From an uncultured Bacilli bacterium (GTDB taxonomy: Bacteria > Bacillota_I > Bacilli_A > RF39 > UBA660): DNA of 64,000 nt. Location: positions 37,175 through 101,174 of the forward strand of contig CANQQR010000002.1 in NCBI GenBank assembly GCA_947626035.1, given 5' to 3'. Shown here in pieces: positions 17,055-25,860 of this stretch. Position numbers and translations under genes: made by a program. The notes beneath the pieces are model-generated. The model had not been told where the DNA came from. It made no database searches and saw only the letters and a program-made list of their open reading frames with translations. Numbering within the stretch: position 1 is the first letter of the stretch; each line of letters opens with the position of its first letter.

Positions 17055-17145
17055 ATTATATTTTAATTATTGTGATTTGTATAATATAAGTTTTTTATGT
17101 CACTATACGTTTACGTATTACTAATCTTGTTGTTTATACGTATAG

Positions 17146-18030
17146 TTATTTTTGTATGTCATTTATTTCTAAGACTAAATCTACGAATTTTTTGCCAATA
17201 TTGCTTAGTGTTTTTTGATAGTATATTATACCAAAGTTGTTTATTGGCATTTGTTTATCTAGTTCTAGTTTGACTAAATCATATTCTTTTATTTCGTCTT
17301 CTATGAAGTACCCGATGTAATCTCCTTCTTTTACTATTTCAGCCATTAGTTTAGAGTCAGGCATTTCTAGTATAGGTTCAAAGTCTATGTTGTTTTCTTG
17401 TGTTAGGTTATCTAATATTCTTTTTCTTCTAGATTTACCTGGTATTATTAAATTGTATTTTTTTAAGTCATTTATTGTTTTGATGTTATTTTTTTCTTTT
17501 TTGTAAAATTCTTTTGAACAAGCGAAGTAAGTTTTAAAACTATCTATTTTTTGTATACTTAATCCATCGGTTTCTTCATGAGGTAAGTAGTCTATTAGTA
17601 CGTCTATAGTGTGTTTAAATAGTCTTTCGTTTAAATTTGCTTCATGGTCTATCCATATTTTTATTTTTACATTTGGGTATCTTAGATTAAATAGTCTTAT
17701 GTATGTGTGCAGTCTATTGTCTGCAATGTTACGTGTTGTTCCAATTGTGAGTGTTCCATTTATATTGTTGTTATCTAGTATATAGTCTGTTATGTTTCCG
17801 AATATTTTGTTTAGTTTGTTATATAGTTCTTCTCCGTCGGTTGTTAATTCTATTCCTTTGTTTGTTCTTTTTATTAGTATTAGTTTTAGTTTTTCTTCTA
17901 AGTATTTGATGTTTCTGCTTAGGTTTGGTTGTGATACGTTGTTTTTTTGTGCTGCTTTACTGAATCCTTTTTCTTGAGCGACTATGAAGAAGTCATATAA
18001 AAGTGGTAAGTCGTTTCTTATTTCTATCAT
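17146..18030 (-). CDS. LysR-family transcriptional regulator
   Basis: N-terminal helix-turn-helix (FFIVAQEKGFSKAAQKNNVSQPNLSRNIKYLEEKL) and a LysR substrate-binding domain. 294 aa. It is divergent from the 149-aa ORF. Confidence 0.85.
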   Translation of the reverse strand: MIEIRNDLPLLYDFFIVAQEKGFSKAAQKNNVSQPNLSRNIKYLEEKLKLILIKRTNKGIELTTDGEELYNKLNKIFGNITDYILDNNNINGTLTIGTTRNIADNRLHTYIRLFNLRYPNVKIKIWIDHEANLNERLFKHTIDVLIDYLPHEETDGLSIQKIDSFKTYFACSKEFYKKEKNNIKTINDLKKYNLIIPGKSRRKRILDNLTQENNIDFEPILEMPDSKLMAEIVKEGDYIGYFIEDEIKEYDLVKLELDKQMPINNFGIIYYQKTLSNIGKKFVDLVLEINDIQK

Positions 18031-18136
18031 TTTGCGTCTCCTTTTGGAATGTTATTTTACTATATTTGTTAAATATTGTAAAGTTAATTGACTATTAGTT
18101 TTTTCTTTTGTAATATATTTGTTGGAGGTTTAGATT

Positions 18137-18586
18137 ATGATAGATTATACAGATTTTAATACTTTTTTTGGACCTAAGTTAAGTGTTAGGTATGGAGAGG
18201 TTAATGCTATTGCTACTTCTAGTGAGCCAAGTGATGATACTTGTTTTGCTAGGGTTACTCAGTCATTTGCTTTTGTTAGTCCTGATGCTTATTTTACTAC
18301 TTCTAATGTTGTTACTTTTAATTATTATGTTGGTAAGGAAAGAAGTATTGCGGATTTAGTTCAAGAGTATTCTGATTATAGAGATAAGCTTACATCTTTA
18401 GTTAGTATTGCTTCTAGTGGACAAAAGACATGTGCTGAGGTTAATATGGGAGGCACTGTTAGATTTTATTCTATTGGAGATAATGATAGAGTTTTTGATA
18501 GTTTAGAAGATATGCTTGAAGCTATTAATGATGTTAAGGTAAGTTGGAACGCAATGTTAGGTAAAAAATATGTAATTAAAAAATAG
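18137..18586 (+). CDS. Hypothetical protein (149 aa) divergently transcribed from the LysR regulator
   Basis: Clean ORF with a GGAGG ribosome-binding site (ttggaggtttagattATG). Its composition is richer in A/S/T/V/D than its neighbours. No recognisable motif. A bidirectional terminator lies at 18577..18610. Confidence 0.5.
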   Translation: MIDYTDFNTFFGPKLSVRYGEVNAIATSSEPSDDTCFARVTQSFAFVSPDAYFTTSNVVTFNYYVGKERSIADLVQEYSDYRDKLTSLVSIASSGQKTCAEVNMGGTVRFYSIGDNDRVFDSLEDMLEAINDVKVSWNAMLGKKYVIKK

Positions 18587-18596
18587 CAAAAAGATG

Positions 18597-21545
18597 CTAT
18601 TTTTTTATTTCTTCTAGTTTTACGCTTACTAGTTTACTTACACCACTTTCTTGCATTGTTACGCCATAGAGTAAGTCTAGGTAACTCATTGTTTCTTTTT
18701 TGTGTGTTATTGTTAAGAATTGTGTTTTACCTCTATAAGAGTTTATGTATTTACCAAATTTTGCTACGTTTTCTTCGTCTAAAGCGCTTTCTACTTCGTC
18801 TAGTACTACAAATGGTACGTTTTTAAGGTTCATTATTGCAAATAGTAAACTTATAGCAGTAAGTGTCATTTCTCCGCCTGATAGTTGAGTTAGTGCACGA
18901 ACTTGTTTTCCTGCTGGGTTTGCTATTATTTCTACACCAGTGTTTAGTAAATCGCTTGGGTCTGTTAGTTCTAGGTGGGCTTCTCCTCCATTAAATAGAC
19001 TTTTAAATACATTACCAAATTCTATGTTTATTTTACTGAATGTTGTGCTGAATTTTTCTTTCATACATTCGTCCATTTCTTGTATTATGTTTAGTAAGTT
19101 TTCTTCACTTTCTTTTAGGTCTGTTTTTTGAGTGTTTAGAAAAGTAAATCTTTTGTTTATTCTATTATATTCTTCTATACTAGATAGGTTTACTTCTCCA
19201 AGAGATTTTATTGTTCTTTTTAGGTCTGTTATTATGTTTCTTGCTTCTGTATCTTCTATTTCTAGAGTATACTCGTTTCTTGCTTTTTCGAATGTCATGT
19301 TATATTCTTCACTTAGTCTATTTAGTAGTGCGTCTAAGTTCATGTTTAGACGTGTTTCTTTTATTTCTAAGTTGTTTACTTTTTCTGTTAGTTCTTTGTT
19401 TTCTTTGTCGTATTTTTTTATTATGTTTTCTAAAGCTTCTATTTCTTCTATTATTTCTTTTCTTGTTTTGTTTAGTGTGTTTACTTTTATGTCTAGGTTG
19501 TTTTTCTTTTCTTCTTCTTTGTAATATTCTTTTGTTATTTGGTCTAGTTCTGTTGTTTTTTCATTATTGTTGTCTAGTGATTTTATTTCTTCTGTTAAGT
19601 TTTCTAGTGTTTGTTTTGTTATGTTAAGTGTTTCTTGTTTTTGGTTTATTGTTTCGTTTTGTTTTACTATTTCTAGGTTTAAGTTGTAGATGTTATTTTT
19701 TAGTATGTCTTGGTTGTAGTTTTTTTCTTTTATTGTTTCGTTTTTGTTGTTTAGTTCTTGTTCTATTATTTTTAAGTTTTTTGTTATTTGGTCTAGTTCT
19801 GTTTTTTCGTTTAGTCTACTGTTATTATCTTTACTTCCGCCTGTTAGTGAACCGCCTACGTTTATTATGTCTCCTTCTAGGGTTACTATTCTGTATCTTG
19901 ATGCTATTTTTTTAGATATTTTTAAGGCTTCGTCTAAGGAAGAAGAAACTACTATGTTACCTAGAGTGTTCATTATTACGTTATAATATTCTTCGTTATA
20001 TGTTACTAGTTTTGAGGCTATATTTACAAATCCAGGAGAAGACTTTATTATTTCTAGAGTACTTGGGTCTATGCTTTTTGGTTTTATTAGGTTAAGTGGG
20101 AAGAATGTTACTCTTCCTTTTTTTGTTCTTTTTAGATATTCAACTGCTTCTTTTGCGTCTCTGTCTGTTTTTGTTACTATGAAATTTAGGCTTGCTCCTA
20201 GTGCGGTGTTGATTGCAGCGCTGTATTCTTCTTTTACTGTTATTAGGTCTTCTATTCTACTTATTATACCGTTTAGACTTGGGTTATTTAGTATGCTTTT
20301 TACTGCAAATGGAATTTTACTCATGTTTTCTATGTTGTATTCTAGTATGTCTTTTTTGCTGTTTAGTTCATATTTTTTTCTTGTTAAATCGTTTAGTTCT
20401 GCTGTTAGTAGGTTTAGTTCTTTTGATAAGTTATTCCATTCTGTAGTTATTGTTTCTAGTTTTTTTTCTAAGGTTTCTTTTTCTTCTAGTAGTGTTTTGT
20501 AGTTTTGGCTTCCTTTTTCATATTCGTTTTTAATTTTTAGTTTTTCTTCTTTTAGGTTAGTTAGTTTGTTTATTATTTCTGTGCTGTTTTTATCGTATTT
20601 GCTTCTTTCTTTTAGTAGTTCTTTTTTGCTGTTTAGTTCGTTTAGTTCTTCTGTTTTTTTCATTAGTTCTAGTTGTACTTCTGTTATTTCGTTATCTAGT
20701 TTTGATCTTTTTACTTTTAGTACTTCTAAATCTACTTTTTCTTTTGTGTCTTTGTTTGTGGTTTCTATTAGTGTGTTACTTAGGGTTTCTTTTTCTTTTT
20801 TTGTTAGTATGTATTCTTCATTTAGGCTAGAGATGTCTTTTGCTAGCAAAGCTACTTCTATGTTTTCTAGTTTTTCTTTGTTTTCTTTGTATATTTTTGC
20901 TTTGTTTGCTTGTTCTTCTAGTGGAGATAGTTGGTCTTCTAGTTCGTTTATTATCATGTCTATTCTTTCCATGTTTTCGTTTGTTTTTTCTAGTTTTTTT
21001 AGTGTTTCTTCTTTTCTTTTTTTGTATTTTAGTACACCTGCTGCATCTTCAAATATTCCTCTTCTGTCTTCTGGTTTTCCGTTTAGTATTTCTATTACTT
21101 TTCCTTGTGGGATTATGCTTAGTGATTCTTTTGAACTAAATGAGTCTAGGAATAGGTCTGTTATGTCTTTTAGTCTTACTTTTTCTTTGTTTATGTAGTA
21201 TTCGTTTTCGTTTGTTTTGTAGACTATTCTTTTTATTTCTATTTCGTTATAGTCTAGTGGAAGACTTTTGTCGGTGTTATCTAGTACTAGGCTAACTGAT
21301 GCAAATCTTGCTGGAGGTCTACTAGCAGAGCCATTAAATATTACGTCTGTCATGTTGTTTGTGCCACGAAGTGATTTTATGGATTGTTCTCCCATTACCC
21401 ATTTTAGTGCGTCTACTATGTTACTTTTTCCACTTCCGTTTGGGCCTACGATGCCGGTTGAGAATTTGTTTAGTTCTAGGTTTACTTTGTCTGCAAAACT
21501 TTTAAATCCATTTATTTTTATTTCTTTTATATACATATTTACCAC
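18597..21545 (-). CDS. smc: Chromosome segregation protein SMC
   Basis: N-terminal Walker A (GPNGSGKSN). Long coiled coils and a hinge are present. The C-terminal ABC signature LSGGE and Walker B (VLDEVESALD) are present. Conserved rnc-smc synteny. 982 aa. Confidence 0.9.
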   Translation of the reverse strand: MVNMYIKEIKINGFKSFADKVNLELNKFSTGIVGPNGSGKSNIVDALKWVMGEQSIKSLRGTNNMTDVIFNGSASRPPARFASVSLVLDNTDKSLPLDYNEIEIKRIVYKTNENEYYINKEKVRLKDITDLFLDSFSSKESLSIIPQGKVIEILNGKPEDRRGIFEDAAGVLKYKKRKEETLKKLEKTNENMERIDMIINELEDQLSPLEEQANKAKIYKENKEKLENIEVALLAKDISSLNEEYILTKKEKETLSNTLIETTNKDTKEKVDLEVLKVKRSKLDNEITEVQLELMKKTEELNELNSKKELLKERSKYDKNSTEIINKLTNLKEEKLKIKNEYEKGSQNYKTLLEEKETLEKKLETITTEWNNLSKELNLLTAELNDLTRKKYELNSKKDILEYNIENMSKIPFAVKSILNNPSLNGIISRIEDLITVKEEYSAAINTALGASLNFIVTKTDRDAKEAVEYLKRTKKGRVTFFPLNLIKPKSIDPSTLEIIKSSPGFVNIASKLVTYNEEYYNVIMNTLGNIVVSSSLDEALKISKKIASRYRIVTLEGDIINVGGSLTGGSKDNNSRLNEKTELDQITKNLKIIEQELNNKNETIKEKNYNQDILKNNIYNLNLEIVKQNETINQKQETLNITKQTLENLTEEIKSLDNNNEKTTELDQITKEYYKEEEKKNNLDIKVNTLNKTRKEIIEEIEALENIIKKYDKENKELTEKVNNLEIKETRLNMNLDALLNRLSEEYNMTFEKARNEYTLEIEDTEARNIITDLKRTIKSLGEVNLSSIEEYNRINKRFTFLNTQKTDLKESEENLLNIIQEMDECMKEKFSTTFSKINIEFGNVFKSLFNGGEAHLELTDPSDLLNTGVEIIANPAGKQVRALTQLSGGEMTLTAISLLFAIMNLKNVPFVVLDEVESALDEENVAKFGKYINSYRGKTQFLTITHKKETMSYLDLLYGVTMQESGVSKLVSVKLEEIKK

Positions 21546-22187
21546 CTATGCTTGTTTTTTTATTGCTTCTTTTGCAGCATGTTGTTCTGCTTCTTTTTTA
21601 CTGCTTCCTTTTCCTGTTCCGTATACTATTCCGTCTACGCTTACATTTACTACAAAATATTTTTTGTGTGCAGGACCTCCTTCTTTTATTACTTGGTATT
21701 CTACACTTTTCTTTTCTGTTTGTACGAGTTCTTGTAGTGTGCTTTTGTAGTCCATTAAAAAGTCTGTGTCACTTTCTATGTATGGGACTATTAGTTTGTT
21801 AAATAGGTTTGTTACTTTTTCTAGACCAAGTTCTAGGTATATTGTTCCTATTACTGCTTCAAATACGTCGGCTATTACTGTTTTGTTTGCTTCTTTTATT
21901 CCGTTACCTACTTTTATGTATTTTTGTAAGTCTATGTCTTTAGAATATTCATATAGAGCATTTTCGCATACGTATAGGCTTCTTTTTCTACTCATTTCTC
22001 CCTCGTTATATTTGCCTTTTTTGTATATGTAGTCACTGCATACTAGTTCTAGTACTGCATCTCCTAGAAATTCAAGTCTTTCATATGATTCTAGGTTGTG
22101 TTCGTTAGCGTATGATGTGTGTGTTAGTGCAACTTGAAGTAGTTTACTGTTTTCTAAATTGATACCGTATTTTTCTAAAGTTTTCAT
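21546..22187 (-). CDS. rnc: Ribonuclease III
   Basis: RNase III signature ERLEFLGDAVLE. A C-terminal dsRBD is present (GPAHKKYFVVNVSVDG...GKGSSKKEAEQHAAKEA). Confidence 0.9.
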   Translation of the reverse strand: MKTLEKYGINLENSKLLQVALTHTSYANEHNLESYERLEFLGDAVLELVCSDYIYKKGKYNEGEMSRKRSLYVCENALYEYSKDIDLQKYIKVGNGIKEANKTVIADVFEAVIGTIYLELGLEKVTNLFNKLIVPYIESDTDFLMDYKSTLQELVQTEKKSVEYQVIKEGGPAHKKYFVVNVSVDGIVYGTGKGSSKKEAEQHAAKEAIKKQA

Positions 22188-22296
22188 TTTATCACCTTTT
22201 TTTATTATACTGGATTTATTTAAAAAAGTAAATTAATGAGGCGATTTTTGTATTTTTATTTATTTTTTGTTTATTTTTTAGTATAATTGTTTATAT

Positions 22297-22518
22297 ATGA
22301 AAAATATATTGATTAAAATTATTGAGTTATATCAAAGAACGCCTTTCGGGGGCCACTTTAGTTGTAAGTTTTTACCTACTTGTAGTGAGTATACTAAGGA
22401 ATGTATTAGGCGGTATGGGTCTTTTAAGGGCGTGTATTTAGGTTTTAAGAGAATTATTAGGTGTCATCCTTTTAGTAAAGGCGGGATTGATTTGGTACCT
22501 ATAAAGGAGGAAGAATGA
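22297..22518 (+). CDS. yidD: Membrane protein insertion efficiency factor YidD
   Basis: 73 aa. Conserved PTCSEY and RCHPF..GG.D.VP motifs. Confidence 0.85.
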   Translation: MKNILIKIIELYQRTPFGGHFSCKFLPTCSEYTKECIRRYGSFKGVYLGFKRIIRCHPFSKGGIDLVPIKEEE

Positions 22519-23384
22519 AAAAGTTATTTATTTTATTTTGTGGGTTGTTTTTGATTAGTGGGTGTGATAAGGACGAGATACATTATGATACGGTTACTTA
22601 TACTACATATTACCCAATTGAGTATGCTACTGATTATATGTTTGGAGATTATTCTGATATTAAGAGTGTTTACCCGAGTGGAGCTGATACTAGTAATTAT
22701 GAGTTAACTAGTAAGCAAAAGGAAATTTATTCTGATGCTGATTTGTTTATTTATGCTGGGGCTACTAAGGAAGTTAATTGGGCAGTTGATTTTCTTAATC
22801 AAAATCCTAAACTTACTATTATAGATGCTACTAAGGATGTTTCTAAAGAAGTTATTTCTACGTATGGTGTGCCCGCATTATGGCTTGACCCATCTAATTA
22901 TTTGATGGTGGCTAGGTATATTAAATCTACTTTGGTTGATTATGAAGATAATGTTTATAATCAAGAGAAAATTGAAGAAAAGTATAAAGAGTTAAAGGTT
23001 CTTATTAGTGAGATTGATGTTGATCTTACTATGATGGGTAAAAAGAAAAGTAAAGATAGTATTTTGGTTACTAATGATGTGTTTTTATTCTTATCTAAGT
23101 ATAATATTAATGTTATTTCTATTGACCCTAATAATGAGAATTTGACTAAGTCTTATAGTGATGCTAAGAAGCTTATTGATTCAGGAGATATTAAGTATGT
23201 GTATTATATGACTAATGATAAGTTAAGTGATGATGTTAATAAGTTTATTGATGATAATAATTTAGAGAAGTTAGAGATTTCTTCTTTAGATACGTTAAGT
23301 GATGAAGAGAGAAAGAATGGCGAAGATTATCTTTCAGTTATGTCTTCAAATATTACAAAATTTAAAACAGAACTTTTCCGTTAA
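22515..23384 (+). CDS. Lipoprotein, TroA/ZnuA-like substrate-binding-protein fold (degenerate)
   Basis: Signal peptide plus lipobox (LFLISGCDK). The overall pattern resembles cluster A-I metal substrate-binding proteins, but the metal-binding histidines are not evident. It overlaps the yidD stop (ATGA). Confidence 0.5.
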   Translation: MKKLFILFCGLFLISGCDKDEIHYDTVTYTTYYPIEYATDYMFGDYSDIKSVYPSGADTSNYELTSKQKEIYSDADLFIYAGATKEVNWAVDFLNQNPKLTIIDATKDVSKEVISTYGVPALWLDPSNYLMVARYIKSTLVDYEDNVYNQEKIEEKYKELKVLISEIDVDLTMMGKKKSKDSILVTNDVFLFLSKYNINVISIDPNNENLTKSYSDAKKLIDSGDIKYVYYMTNDKLSDDVNKFIDDNNLEKLEISSLDTLSDEERKNGEDYLSVMSSNITKFKTELFR

Positions 23385-24379
23385 AGCTCTGTTTCTTTTC
23401 TTTTTTTTAGGTAGTCATATGTTTTTTCTGTTACTGTTCTACCTCTTATTGTTCTTTTTATAAAACCTTCTTGTAATAGGAATGGTTCGATTACGTCTTC
23501 TATGGTTGTTTGTTCTTCTCCGATTGAAGCGGCTATGCTTTCTATTCCTACTGGGCCTCCATTAAATTTGTGTATTAAGCTTTCTAGATATTCTATGTCA
23601 GTACTGTCTAGACCAAAGTCGTCTACGTGTAGTCTTTCTAGTGAGTCATTTGTTATTTCTTTTGTTATTATACCTTCTCCTTGTACTAAAGCAAAGTCAC
23701 TTACTCTTTTTAGTAGTCTATTTGCTATTCTTGGTGTTTTTCTACTTCTTCTTGCTATTATTTCTGCTGCATCGTCGTTTATTTCTATATTAAATACTTT
23801 TGCACTTCTTTTTACTATTTCACTTAGTTCTTCTGTTGTGTAGTAGTTTAGTTTACAGGTTATTCCAAATCTGTCTCTTAGTGGACTTGATAAGTCTCCT
23901 GCACGTGTTGTTGCACCTACTAGAGTGAATGGTGGTAAGTCTATTTTTATGTTTCTACTTTGTCCATCGTTACCCACTATTATGTCAAGTTTGAAGTCTT
24001 CCATCGCACTATAGAGGATTTCTTCTATGTACTTAGGTATTCTATGGATTTCGTCTATAAATAGTACGTCATATGGCTCAAGGGTGCTTAGTATTGCTGC
24101 TAAGTCTCCACTTTTTTCTATTGTAGGCCCACTTGCGGTTTTTATGTTTACACCTAGTTCGTTTGCTATTATGTGTGATAATGTTGTTTTTCCTAATCCT
24201 GGAGGGCCATATAGCAGTACGTGGTCTAATGATGTTTCTCTCATTGTTGCAGCTTTTACAAATACTTTTATGTTTTCTTTTACGTCAGCTTGTCCAATAT
24301 ATTCGTCAAAGTTAGTTGGTCTTATTGCTTTTTCAAATGAGTCTCCCTCTTGATATTCGCTTCTTGTTATTTGTTCCAT
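23381..24379 (-). CDS. ruvB: Holliday junction branch migration helicase RuvB
   Basis: Walker A (GPPGLGKTT), Walker B (LFIDEIHR) and sensor motifs are present. 332 aa. Confidence 0.95.
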   Translation of the reverse strand: MEQITRSEYQEGDSFEKAIRPTNFDEYIGQADVKENIKVFVKAATMRETSLDHVLLYGPPGLGKTTLSHIIANELGVNIKTASGPTIEKSGDLAAILSTLEPYDVLFIDEIHRIPKYIEEILYSAMEDFKLDIIVGNDGQSRNIKIDLPPFTLVGATTRAGDLSSPLRDRFGITCKLNYYTTEELSEIVKRSAKVFNIEINDDAAEIIARRSRKTPRIANRLLKRVSDFALVQGEGIITKEITNDSLERLHVDDFGLDSTDIEYLESLIHKFNGGPVGIESIAASIGEEQTTIEDVIEPFLLQEGFIKRTIRGRTVTEKTYDYLKKRKETEL

Positions 24380-24390
24380 TATTTAGCCTC

Positions 24391-24948
24391 CTATCTTACA
24401 AATAATTTTAATGCTTCTTTTATTTGTTCTTCTATAGGTAGTGTGTTATCTATTTCTACTACTACTTTCTTTATATCAGGTTTTTTGTAGCCTAAACTTT
24501 CTAAGACACTTTCTAATTCTTCATTTACTACTTTTGTTTCTTTATTTTCAATTAGTTTTCCTTTTAAGTCTAGGATTATTTGTCTTGCAAGTTTTTCGCC
24601 TACTTTAGGGAATTTTTTTAGGTATAGTATGTTACCTCTATCTATCGCGTCTATTACCCCTGTTACACTTCCTGTAGCTAGTATTGGTAATGCAACTTTT
24701 GGTCCTAGTCCTTTTACGCTTAGAAGTTTTATAAAAAATTCTCTTTCTTCTTTTGTTTTAAATCCATATAGGCTATATTCGTCTTCTCTTATATGGTTAT
24801 ATAAATATACTTTAGTTGTTTCATGTTCTTTAAATACATATGGATTTGGTGTGTATATTTTAAAACCTATTCCATTTGTCATTATTACTATATATGAGGA
24901 TGTTATTTCTTCTACTTTTCCCTCTATTAAGTCTATCATTTTTATCAC
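24391..24948 (-). CDS. ruvA: Holliday junction DNA helicase RuvA
   Basis: 185 aa. An OB domain is followed by an HhH domain (LLSVKGLGPKVA). It sits immediately upstream of ruvB. Confidence 0.85.
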   Translation of the reverse strand: MIKMIDLIEGKVEEITSSYIVIMTNGIGFKIYTPNPYVFKEHETTKVYLYNHIREDEYSLYGFKTKEEREFFIKLLSVKGLGPKVALPILATGSVTGVIDAIDRGNILYLKKFPKVGEKLARQIILDLKGKLIENKETKVVNEELESVLESLGYKKPDIKKVVVEIDNTLPIEEQIKEALKLFVR

Positions 24949-25044
24949 CTAATTACATTGTATAATAAAACTATATATAAAACAAGTGTTTTGTTATTTT
25001 TTTTGATTTTTTATTCTAAAATACTTTTATTTCTTATGAGATAT

Positions 25045-25170
25045 GTGTTACAATATGATTGTTGGGAAGTTATTAAATTATTCCCAATAAGAAATGTTGC
25101 TTTTAGTGTATACTGGAGCCCCAGAAGAGCCATAGGCTGTTTAAATTATAAAAGCAACATTTTTTCTTTT
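25045..25170 (+). ncRNA. Candidate small RNA: extended -10 promoter (TGtTACAAT, 25045-25053) followed by two hairpins and a U-tract
   Basis: Hairpin 1 is ttgggaa/ttcccaa (25061-25086). Hairpin 2 has a 13-bp stem, aaatgttgctttt (25091-25103) paired with aaaagcaacattt (25149-25161). Its 45-nt loop contains GC-rich ggagccccagaagagccataggctg. It is followed by ttttttctttt. The terminator polarity fits only the plus strand. Confidence 0.35.
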
Positions 25171-25199
25171 GGTCTTAATTTATGGTAAAAGCACTCTAT

Positions 25200-25397
25200 T
25201 TATTCTTGAGTGCTTTCTAATCCTAATTCTTTTTTTCTTCTTTTTAAAAATTCTCTTAAATCTTTATGGAACTTATCACAAAATTCATTACTCTCATCTT
25301 CATCTTTAAATTCCATTTTCATTTCTTTTTTAAAGTGTTCACTATACTTTTTATCAATTTCTTCCATTAATATTTTTTCTTTTTCTTCTTTAGTCAT
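25200..25397 (-). CDS. Small acidic hypothetical protein (65 aa)
   Basis: ORF of highly charged (K/E-rich) sequence between dtd and ruvA. No motif. It could be real or spurious. Confidence 0.3.
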   Translation of the reverse strand: MTKEEKEKILMEEIDKKYSEHFKKEMKMEFKDEDESNEFCDKFHKDLREFLKRRKKELGLESTQE

Positions 25398-25406
25398 TTT
25401 AACATC

Positions 25407-25856
25407 CTAAAATAGTTCTTTACTATCTAATATTATTGTGACTGGACCATCGTTTTGTATTTCTACAAACATGTCACTACCGAATATACCTGTTTCTGTT
25501 TTTATGTTTAGGCTTTTTAGTTTTTCGTTCATGTAGTCATATAGTTTGCTTGCTTCTTCTGGGTTTAGAGCATCTACAAAGCTTGGACGTCTTCCGTTTT
25601 TACAGTTTGCGTATAGTGTGAATTGACTTATGTTTAGTATGCTACCATTTATGTCTATTAGGCTTAGGTTCATTTTACCGTTTTCGTCTTCAAATATGCG
25701 TAGGTTTATGATTTTATCTATCATTTTGTCTACTGTTTTTTTGTCGTCTTCTTTTGTGAAACTTGATAATAGTACGTAACCTTTTTCTATACTACCGTGA
25801 ACAGAGTTATTTATTGTTACTTTACTTTGTTTACTTCTTTGTATTACTACTTTCAT
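25407..25856 (-). CDS. dtd: D-aminoacyl-tRNA deacylase
   Basis: 149 aa. MKVVIQR... N-terminus and C-terminal NDGPVTI motif. It is immediately downstream of relA, the conserved relA-dtd arrangement. Confidence 0.85.
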   Translation of the reverse strand: MKVVIQRSKQSKVTINNSVHGSIEKGYVLLSSFTKEDDKKTVDKMIDKIINLRIFEDENGKMNLSLIDINGSILNISQFTLYANCKNGRRPSFVDALNPEEASKLYDYMNEKLKSLNIKTETGIFGSDMFVEIQNDGPVTIILDSKELF

Positions 25857-25860
25857 ATGT

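Noticed and set aside
24958-25188. 76-aa plus-strand ORF between ruvA and dtd
   Set aside because: It starts within the putative ruvA promoter and spans the structured intergenic element. It is hydrophobic and low-complexity. I interpret it as a non-coding region (candidate sRNA) instead.
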